From contig CAVNZM010000006.1 in the NCBI GenBank assembly GCA_963693365.1, positions 10,357,355 to 10,421,354 on the forward strand: a DNA stretch of 64,000 nucleotides, in the 5' to 3' direction. This DNA is from Amoebidium appalachense (Eukaryota; Protista; Ichthyosporea). The first letter of the stretch is position 1, and each line of letters starts with the position of its first letter. The translations under genes and the position numbers were made by a program. The notes under the pieces were generated by a model. It made no database searches. It had not been told where the DNA came from and was given only the letters and a program-made list of their open reading frames with translations. Of this stretch, positions 26,862-37,820 are shown piece after piece.

Positions 26862-29143
26862 AGACGTGCAAAAAAGAAGTCGTTGCAAAGAAGGGAGCTG
26901 AAAGAAAGTTTAGCTGAATTAGGAGGATGTGTAAAGAGTGGCTATAGATGCCGGCATTATCAAGCAAAAGAGGAGACAAGGTTGGATTCAGTATTCACAT
27001 TGTTTGTTTGTTTGTGTGTGTGTGTGTGTGTAGGGGGGGGGGGGGGGGCAAGTACCGAGTGCAGGGGAGTCGTTGATGCCCTCGCCCACCATGGCCACAA
27101 CCTCCCCGGCCTCCTGCAGCTGCCGCACGACCTTAGACTTGTTGCCGGGCAGCACGTTGGCATACACATTCTCCGCATCGATGCCCACCTGCCGTGCCAC
27201 ACTCTGCGCCGTGTGCACGTTGTCGCCCGAGATCATCAGCACGTTCATGCCCATGCGCTTGAGCACACGCACGGCATCTGCAGCGTCGGGCTTGATGGTG
27301 TCTGACAGGGAGATGACGCACACTATGCGGCCATCCACGGCCATGAGGATGGGCGTCATGTGCCCTGCCTCCACCTGAGCAACTACATCATCGGCCTGAC
27401 TGCCCGTCACTATGCCCTCCTGGGCAATGCACAGCGAGTTGCCAATGACCACCCGCATGCCGTCTATTATGGCAACAATGCCACGGCCAGGCAGTACGGT
27501 GGTGGCCTGTGCCGGGCGGAAGGAGTTGACCATCATGATCGCCTTGGCATAGCTGCCGATGGCCACCCCGTACGGGTGCTCGCTGCCGCCCTCGGCCATG
27601 CCCATCAGCTCCACCACACGGCACCGCGGCAGCACCTGCTCGTCCACGAGCACGTGCACCCCCGCAACATTGGGGTGGCCGTGCGTCAGCGTGCCGGTCT
27701 TGTCAAACACCACCGTGGTGACCCTGTGGGCCATCTCCAGTGCCCCCCCACCCTTGATCAAGATGCCGTTCTTGGCCCCCACACCAGTGCCCACCATCAC
27801 GGCCGTGGGTGTGGCCAGGCCCAGGGCGCACGGGCAGGCCACGACCAGCACCGAGATGCAGAACACCAGCGAGTAGTGCAACACTGACTCGTGCTCGGGC
27901 ACCGCCGCGGCACCTGAACACGTGAGGGCCAGCCACACAAAGAACGTGGCCACGGCGATGGTGACGATGGCCGGCACAAAGACCGCAGACACCTCGTCGG
28001 CAAACCGCTGGATGGGGGCCTTGGAGGTCTGTGCCTCTTCGACCAGTTTGACGATCTGAGCCAATGCTGATTGGCCGCCCACTGTAGTAGCCCGTACATG
28101 CAAAAGCCCTGATTGGTTGATGGTTCCACCAATCACAGAGTCGCCCGTGTTCTTGTGGATGGCCACTGATTCGCCGGTGATCATGCTCTCGTCCACACTG
28201 CTGTGGCCAAACACAATAACACCATCTACAGGCACCTTGGACCCGGGCACCACCTTAACCACGTCCCCGCGCTGAACCAGGTCGGCGTCGATTATCTTTT
28301 CTGACGTGTCGCCGTTCTTGTCGGTGCGCAGAAGAATGGCCTCGTTGGCGCGCAGAGACATGAGCTCACGAAGAGCCTCCGACGTCTTCCCGGTGGCCAT
28401 TTTCTCCAGCCACCGACCGAGGCACACAAACGTGAACAACATCACTGATGTGTCGAAAAACGTGTGTGGGCTGTGCATCATGCCCCCACCCATAGCCATA
28501 GCTATACCAAGCACAGAGAGCGAGTATGCGTAGGCACATGAGGAGCCCAAAACAATCAACGCGTCCATGTTGGGTGACTTGTGCTTGATGGATTTGTACG
28601 CCGACACGTAAAAATAGCGGCCAATGATAAACTGCACAAACGTGGCAAACACCAATTGGATCAGGTTGCTGCGGGAAAGACCCGGTGTGATTTGTGATTC
28701 GAGCCACATCATGGGCGCCTGTAGCCGGTGCAGGACTTGGTGCATAATGACGGTGGGCAGAAACACACACAGGCAGGCCAGGAACCGCCATTTCCACTTA
28801 TTCACCTCCTCCGAGTGATCGGGAAACGTTAGTCGGTGCCCGGTCTTCAACTCTGCCGTGAAACCGATATCTTCAATCGCCTCGACGATCGATCGCACAC
28901 CGATTAGGGCTGGATCGTACGAAATCCGGCCAGAATGGGTGGCCAAAGACACAGATACGTGGTGTATTCCATGCTGCTGGGCCAAATTTCGCTCGATGTT
29001 GGCCACACAGGACGAGCACGTCATGCCCCCAATGCTCACTTCACACACACCGGTTTCCTCCTCACGAAGAACCTCGGCAGTAAACCCGATGTCGCGAATC
29101 TGGAAATGCGCAGCAGATGTGTTAGCCACACATAATACCCAGA

Positions 29144-29187
<44 letters not shown>

Positions 29188-30125
29188 ACACCACACACAC
29201 GCACACACGTGAAGAAAGGGAAGAGAGAGAGGAGGGGTTGGGGTGGGGTGAAGAGGGAGCTGGGAGGATGATTAAGAAATACCCAAACAAAGACATACAC
29301 ACGAGCCCGGAAATAATGTAAGGCATGATACAAAACTGAACAAGAAAAACGAAAAGCACCGCTCTCACGTCCCTCACTCCCCAAACTACCCACATGCACG
29401 ATGCCCCTGTGCGTTTGTGCAAATTGTATCATTACTACTCTCCCATTCCCTTCCATCCCCAATCTGATTGGTCACCGTCTCTATCCCCCCCCCCCCCCCC
29501 CTTCATCCACCACTCACTCTCATCAGCACATTACTCCCCCCCCCCCCCCCCCCCCCTCCATGCCCCCTTTACCCCCCACCCGCAGCCCCTGCTCACCTTG
29601 TCAGCAATCTCACCGGGGCTGACCATAGCCGCCACATACTCGACCTCCGCCTTTTCAGCCAACAGGCCCACGTGGATGGACAGCACCCCAGCCACCTTGC
29701 CCACGGCCCTCTCGATGTTGGCCACACACGACGAGCACGTCATGCCCCCCACACGCAGCACCACACGCTCACCACCCCCACTCACGTGGTTTCCATCAAT
29801 GTCAAACGATAGCGACGGTGCCAAATGCTCGCTTTTCCACACCGGCTTCTCTTCCAAAATGCTCCCGATGGAATGGTGCCGAGAAACTGCCCCCCCTGAT
29901 GGTGTGATGTTGACGCGTGTGTGTGCGGCATCTGTGTGGCCCACATCCATCATGGCCGGGGCATGGACTGTGCTCGGTGCTGCCACAGAGAGAACAGACG
30001 CTTCAAACCCCATCTGCAATGTGGCACGTCAGAAATGCAAATGTTATGCACACATATACAGGTGCAAACAGTCAAATGGGTCTTGTTTGTGGCCTTGAGA
30101 GTGCACGGGTGTGTGACTGTGTGTT

Positions 30126-30187
<62 letters not shown>

Positions 30188-30895
30188 GGGGAAAAGTACA
30201 TGTTCCACAGTCATTCAAGCATACAAAGAAACAGTATAGAATGATAGAACACGCCCAAAACCGATCACCCGAGGGGATTACCAGATGTAATACTTGCAGC
30301 TGGATATCGCATAAGAGAAATTTAACATTCAGAGCATCCCAGGTGCAGCGGACAATGTGAAAGACATGCAAACAGCTGCCACCCTATACCCCCAGATTCT
30401 TCTAACCCCGGGCTTTTCTTCCCATTTTTTTGTGGGCGTATGTCTATGGCCCTGCAGACACCAGCACAACCCACTTGAACCCGACGGCAGGGACACTCAC
30501 ATCGTCGATAGCCTCGGCCACAGCACGGCCCGATGTCCGGGTCGGGTCAAACACCACGTGAGCCTCCTCACGGGCCAGGTCGACCCGAATGCTAACCACA
30601 CCAGGCTGGGGCCCAACTGTTTCCTCGATGTTGCGCACACACGAACCACACGTCATCCCGAGTACCCGGATGGTGGCTGACTCGGTGTGTGTTGGGGATA
30701 TGTCGAGTAATAGAGACACATCTTGTGAAGTTTGGGCTGGTGGGGCTTGGGTTTGTGTGTGCAGAACTGAAGCCTCAAAACCCATCTGCATAAATAGAGG
30801 GTGTTAGGGTGTGAGGATGGGATTTAAACGACAGGCACAAATGCAAGTGCATCCCTGACCCTGAAAGCCCCCTTTGTGCGCAATGTGACCCTTAC

Positions 30896-30942
<47 letters not shown>

Positions 30943-32866
30943 TTTTATGTATATGCGTAAGGGGTAGGTAGTGGATTGGAAGTATGTACATGCTCAAGAG
31001 GGCGGCATGCCAGTGTTGCTCTTGTGGTTAGGTATGCAGCTCTTGTATGTGCTGTACACAAGCTTGCAAACACACAGATCTCTGAGCGAACAATTTCTTT
31101 AAGTGACTATTTCCTTCTACTGCCCCCCACAACCACCACCACACCATACACGAACCGACCCACATGCCCACACAGCCACACCCACCACACCAACGCACAG
31201 CACCCTACCGGAAGGCCGAATAACTCATTAGCTAACAGTATTATGGAAACACTGGACAGTAGGTAGGTGCAACCCTCCCCCCCCAGGCCCACCAAAAACA
31301 AACAAACAAACAAACAAACAAACAAACAAACAAGCAAACAAACAAACAAACAAAAAAAAAAAAAAAAAAAAAAAAAAAGGAAAAAAGCACCTACATCGTC
31401 AATAGCCTCTGCTATTTCTTCTGCAGAGGTCAAGTGTGGCACGTAGGTTACCCGGGCCATCTCCTCCTCCAAAGACACCACTATCTCCATCACCCCAGGA
31501 CGGACCCCCACTGTCTCCTCTATGTTGCGCACACAGGATTTGCAGGTCATTCCTATGACCGATATCGTGGTCTGCTCGCGCTGAGAGACTGACTGTGGTC
31601 TCGCATTGGCGAGTGCTTGTTGCGAGTCTGATAAAACGGCTGCCTCAAAACCCATCTGAGGCAGTAAGAGGAATTAAAACAAATACAGTGATCTGCAAAG
31701 CGTGGCTTACATAGCCGATACTTGAAACGTCGTGGGAGCAGGTGGGATGATGGTGGAGTTGAAAAAAAGTGTTTGTTTTGGTCTCTTTTTGGCTGTCTAT
31801 ATATGTAAGTACCTAAGCCAAAAAACGGGACTGTTTGTTGCTTGTGTGTGTGGGTGTTTGTGCAAGCTTATAAAGAATATGTAAGCAGAAACATACAGTG
31901 CACTTAATTTTCATGCATAGGCTACAAGCAAACGGAGGTGAGCGGCTTCAGTGACGCATTTGTGGTCGCTTCTATAATGGGCCGGTGTTCGCGTTTGAAT
32001 ATGAAAGCAGGAAAGGGGCATGAAAGCGTTTACATGGCAGAATTTCATTGAAGGGAACTGAAAGTGCAGAGAGAAGTACGTTTCCGTGCAAACACATAAC
32101 GTTTGCAGAGTTCAAGTCACAGAAAGCGTGGATACGCCTTGGTGAGTGTGTTGGTTATTCATGTGTGTGGACAAAGTCAGTCCGCACCACACTGCTAGGC
32201 AACATATACACGTGCCCATGCTTGCACGAACCACGGTATGTGCGCGGGCTTGAATACATGTGTGATGTTTTTTCGTTTGCATCCTTGCGCGCATACCTGT
32301 GTATGTGTGTGTGTGTGTGTGTCAGTGCGTGTGTTATGCGTGCGTGCGTGCACCTGTTTGTGTTTGGTGTTTTTGCTTGTGTATATATATTGGCAAACGT
32401 GTAAGCCCGCTCAAACAGTTATTTCTGTACACGAATGCAGAAAGAAATAGGTGCGCTAGAACTTTGCTAGAGGTCATTACGTGCGAATTAGTTCACTTTC
32501 AATAGTTAGCAGAGAAAGTGACAGTGGGGAAGGATGCATATTTCTGCCATTTGAGAACCTTTTATCGATAGGGAACGAGCAGCTGTGTTTTTGTATGTCT
32601 ATGCCTTCTCTAACATAAGTCGAAAAACGCAGAGACAGGAAGTGTTTCTCGAGTAGGTTATGGCGGCCATGGACACTTACATCATCGATGAATTCGGCGA
32701 CATCCTGGCCTTTCAGCACGGTAGGGTCGTAGGTGGCAACTGCTCTCTCCAACTTTAGATCCACGCTTATGCTATATATGCCCTCCCTGGCCCCTACTGT
32801 CTCCTCTATGTTCCGTACACATGACTTGCAGGTCATGCCCAGCACAGACAACTCTACCGTCGCCAT
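25719..32866 (-). CDS. ATP7: Copper-transporting P1B-type ATPase (ATP7A/B, Ccc2-like) with five HMA domains, 7 exons
   Basis: Exons 32681-32866, 31395-31655, 30501-30785, 29597-30013, 27056-29099, 26426-26602, 25719-26014 (GT-AG, phases consistent). Motifs: GMTCxSC five times, [44 protein letters not shown] and MxxSS transmembrane Cu(I) ligands. Confidence 0.96.
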
Positions 32867-33572
32867 GTTGAGAAACTGGCTCTGGCTGCCACCAACTTAA
32901 CTGCTTACTATATACTATTGCTCGGCCATACCCGGGTGTTAGATGGGTTCGGACTTCCTGCACAGTCGAAGTGGTCAAGAGGTGTGCACTTGCTGCTATG
33001 TCGGCATGGGCTGTGGTTTCAACTTACTGCGTATCTTTGTAATAAAAACTTTTCACTGGTTGTCAAGCCTTAGTAAGCTCTTTAGTTCTGTGTGCCGCGG
33101 GCCAAAGTGCTGTCTGCGTGCGGTGGGCCAAATTTGCCCGACTGTGACACGCAGGCTGCCAGTTGTTTGGTTTACACGGTCTATGCAGAGACGGTGGTAA
33201 AAAAAGTCTTGAGCGACCTTAAAACTTGAACCATCTGGATGCACACTTTTAGTTTTTTCTCCTAAAATTCTATTTATGAAAGCACAAAAATTATTCAATA
33301 TCATATTTTACTGCTCATAATATAGTTACTGTTTAATCAACCTTATATTACTTCCTAGTTTTCTCTCAAGGTTCTTTATTGAGTAGGACTGGAGATGATG
33401 TTTACTCTGCTCGCAAGCTAATAACGGCGTTGAACATGAGACGGTGTAATCTGGCTTTCCTCAACTGCATGACTTACAGCAAATGAATAATAGCGAATGC
33501 CCGCCAACACATTCTTTTACACCAGGACCTGAAATTAGTGACCCATGTATAAGATCCAAAAAGGGCCCATCA

Positions 33573-33617
33573 CAAGGCCTCCTATGTCCTATATATATAC
33601 TAACATGGGAGGCCTTG
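33573..33617. mobile_element. 45-bp micro-MITE / hAT-like remnant with 15-bp TIRs and a near-perfect 8-bp TSD
   Basis: CAAGGCCTCCTATGT...ACATGGGAGGCCTTG (14/15 inverted match), flanked by GCCCATCA (33565-33572) and GCCCATAA (33618-33625). Confidence 0.55.
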
Positions 33618-36260
33618 GCCCATAAACAAGTTGTACCGTAATTTGTACGGCGTTAGGTTTATTCAACTGCAGCTCATCAGGGATTTATTTTCAACTGAAT
33701 AAGAAAAATATTAGTTCTTTCCTCTAAATTTCAGGTTTCTGGTACTTGTGGCGAGGCCCCAGGGGCAGCAATGTCATGCATAAATCCACTTCTTCATCGC
33801 ACGCATGTCAGATATCGATCCGCCCCCTGATCCGCGGACATCATTATCTTCATAATATTCAATAGTATGAGGTGACCAGTCTATGACAAACTCTTAGGAA
33901 GCTTTTCGCGGCATATAATTTTTTTCCAAAATGTAGATCCAGAATAAACTAGCATGCTCTCTACACCTGAAGTGCACATACAAGGCATGCGTTTTTGCAG
34001 GTAAACGGGGCAGGTGTGACAGCACATAGGCGCGGTTGTGTGGCGGACACTTCTCATTGGGATCTACCATTGAGCCAATGGATACGTGCCCGGCCTGTTC
34101 GCGAAATGCCGCAGCCTTCAGCCTTGCAACGGCACTGCCACAGTCTGCCAGCCGCAGTCATCTACAATTTTTCAAGGCCTTGGTCTGTTGGTGCAAGTGT
34201 CACCTGTGCTGCAGGCACGGTTGACGGTGGGCACAAGTGTATTGTCTGTATAGGCTAGTTTAGAGCACCATGACGCGTCGAGTTGAGTACGCACGCGTAC
34301 GTGCCAAGCTCTGCTATGTATGTGCTTGTGTCATATAGCAGCTGCTGAACGCATCATGGGTTGTCTACGTGTACGGCAGAGGCGACTGATTTTTTTGTGT
34401 GGGGAGATCGCCGGCTGAACGTTAGGAGGTCTTTGGAGAGCTAATACAGTGTGTTGGTCCTTACTACGACGCTTGCGTATTATTGTGCGTGCATCTGAGT
34501 CCGCTTTGGAAGGAGGGAGGAGAGCAGGGTAAAGAAAAAATGATTGGCATGTGGCAAACAAAGCCTGCCAGGGAACGGTGTATGTATAGCCGCGAATGCT
34601 AGTTACACGGGTGTTCACATGTTGGCGTGCGTATTTGCGCGCGCCCGCGTGTGTGTGCTTGTGGTTTGCGTGAGTGTGTTGGTCCTGGGGAGGGGGGGAG
34701 GGGAGAGGGGGAGGGGAGGAGCGGGGGGGGGGGGGGGGTACGTAAAAAGATGGCTGTGTGAGGGGAGGGGGGAAGAGGGGAGGGATAACGCCCCGTGTAC
34801 ACGTGTGTGCCGGAGCTTATGTTGACTGTTGGAGGGCAGAGGTAAGACAAAGAGCGTTAGCCTCGAGGGCTTGTCTTTGATCAGCGGACTGGGCAAGGGT
34901 CCGAGGGCGAGGGATAGAGAGATCTGAGGGGGGCGGCCCACGCGAACGGATCTTCCGGCCCAGAAAATCCTCAGTTCCTGTCCATAAGTTCATCAAACAT
35001 TTCCTGCACTCCCAGTATGTAAAAAACACAAGTAAATATATATTGTCTTCAACCATTGTTGAACGCTCAAATTGATTCTCCTTTAAACAGCTTAAAGTTC
35101 TTCATGCTGATAAAGTGTGATGGGTGTCTCTGTGTGAATATGTTCACGTGCGTGTTTTTGTGTGTCTGTGTGCGTGCATGTGTGTGTGTGTTTGTGTGTG
35201 GTGCCTTTGAAAAATATACACCCACCGTGACGGTAGATTTTACCTCACTGCAGTTGGATGGGGCAACCAATACTATAACATGCCAGGTCAGAGGGAACCT
35301 TTAATTGTCAGCCAAAAAGTCGCTAGGCTAAGGCTGCTCCCCTCCCCCTCCCCCCCTCAAATCCCCCCTCCCAACCACCCTCCTCCCCCACCTTCCACAC
35401 ACACGCGCGCACACGCACACGCACACGAACACAAACACACCGTGGCACACGCACACACCACACGCACATGTACACACGCACACATGCACCGCACCACACA
35501 CACACATGCACACACATTGCCAGCCAGTTAGCAGACACCCGTAGGGAAAGAGGTAAAACGCGACATAAAAACTCACACCTATCAACATGCTTGCGATTAA
35601 AAGGCTCAGCACAAAAGTGGCACCAGCGGCGATGAAAACAAAAATTACAACGCCACTGCACAACTTCCCAGGCAATATCAACATCAGAGCACCATACAGA
35701 CTTATCTACTAGGGTGGTATCCATACGTACAGCAGGAGAAATATATCCTGCCAAAGCTCCCAAAAAGCGATAATGATCAGTACGGTGTTGCCTAAGGAAC
35801 ATAACACATGCCGACTGAGTTTTACCTTTGATTTCTCTATCAGAACGAGAAAGAAACTTATACTGCGTATAATAATAACGCGAAGAATGCAGAAAAAATA
35901 TCATTTTCACACAGTGTTCAGGTATCTCAGTATGCACTTGTTACTAAATAACTCGTTAAGTTTTTATTGTCTTCTCATGATGCCGTGCATACTTGCATAT
36001 CTTTCCGTCGAATAAATCCAGTCCAAAGGAAGAAATTTTTCTTTTGACTGGAAGAATTTTTTTTTTTTTTTTTTTCAGCCGCAGGTGCGAGCTGTGCGCT
36101 TTTCCTTGATCCAGGGGGGTCTATGATCGATTTGGAGGGGGCACAGATTGGACCCTCCCCTCCACGAAAATCTAGGTTTGGGTTAGGGTATTATTTGGGT
36201 ACGGTATAGCCGTCCAGTTGACAATAAGTATACTCAAGGCTTTTGTTCCCTCCAGCAAAA

Positions 36261-37738
36261 ATGACTCCCTCAGCCACGGCCAGCCTGTTTGACAAGCTGC
36301 CGGACAACGTCTTGGGTCTCGTCTTGGGCGCGCTGCCTTTCTACTCCCGCAAAGATGCCACGCGTGTGTGTCGCCGCTTTCGAAGGGTGGCCTTGGGCTC
36401 CACCCTTCCCCCCACAAAGTTCCGCCTTCAGATACCTGCACGTCTTTGCAAAATCGTAGAAAAGCCTGGTAATGGCGGCTTTTTAACAAACAAAGTGAAA
36501 GTGCTCGAGCCCCTCGTCCCCCCGGCCACTATTCTTTCCGAATGCAAGCTTGCCCTGGAAGCATGGGGCCCTACCGTGCGGTGTATGCGCGTGCAAGCGG
36601 GCACACTCGTGGCCTTGGCAGACGCCTTGGGCCAAGGTTGGGGCGAGCTGCTTGGTGCACTTGACCGCTTCTTGCCCTTGCTGGTGGAAGTCGACGCCTT
36701 AACGAAATACAACGAAAGATTAAATACATTCGAAAAAGAGCCTCAGCCGACTGTTCTTCAGAAGACAATGTTGTTTGCGTTTCAACGTCTGCAAGAAATC
36801 GTAACAGTGCTTGGCCATCGTTTGACGCGTTTTCAAATCGACACGGAGTATTTTCTGGATGAGGGGAAGGAAGGGAACTCGTTGCTCGTGCAAGCAGCCA
36901 CTTACCTTCCCAACGTCAGAGATTGGGCTGTAGGTGGTGGGCTCAGTGAGGGTCTTGGCGACGACTTTGCTGGAAGAGTCGAGACGCTACACCTAAACAT
37001 GGGCTTCGGGGAGGGGGCGGATGAGCGGGCTGAGGTCTTCAAGGTCTGTGTTTCATGAGCCTCTTCCCCCATTCTTCAGCTCTCGTTCCTTGCAGCTGCC
37101 TCACTGATTTAGCTCACCTCTTTCTCCACTTCTTGCAGAAATTGTTAACTTATTTCCACAACACTATCCCATCCACCACTTGTTCTTGTTTCCGGATCTT
37201 GCCTCACGCTTTTCTTCCACCCCATTCAGTCTTGCGTAGATGTCTCTAAGGCGCTGGATGCGAAGTTCTTGATCACTTGCCATTCCCGTTTGTGCTGCTG
37301 CCTTGCCCGTGCTTGGCATATTCTGACGACAATTTCTTTCCTGCCCCACACACCCACCTTCTTGTGCGTGCTCATTCACATCTGCCCGGTCATAATGACG
37401 TACTTTCACCTCCCCTCCCCCTCCCCCCCCGCTCACGTACCCACACGTATACACACACCATGTGACACACACACAGCGGTTGGCCAAGTACCACAACCTC
37501 ACAGACCTTACCTTGGACTATGCCAGTGAAGAAATGTCCTGCGACGACGAGTTATTTGGGCAGCTGTGTGATTGTACAAACCTCAAGAAACTCCGCCTGT
37601 ACGATTATGCTGAGGGCTGCTACAGCATCGTTAACGAAATACCCTATATTGAGAAGCTCGAGGTGGTATGTGACTTCCCCCCTTCCCTCCACCCCCCTCC
37701 CCTCCCCCCCCTCCCCCCCCAAAACACCTCCGCCACCA

Positions 37739-37820
<82 letters not shown>

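Noticed and set aside
36175-36189. Telomeric TTAGGG-like sequence
   Set aside because: Only one or two degenerate units.
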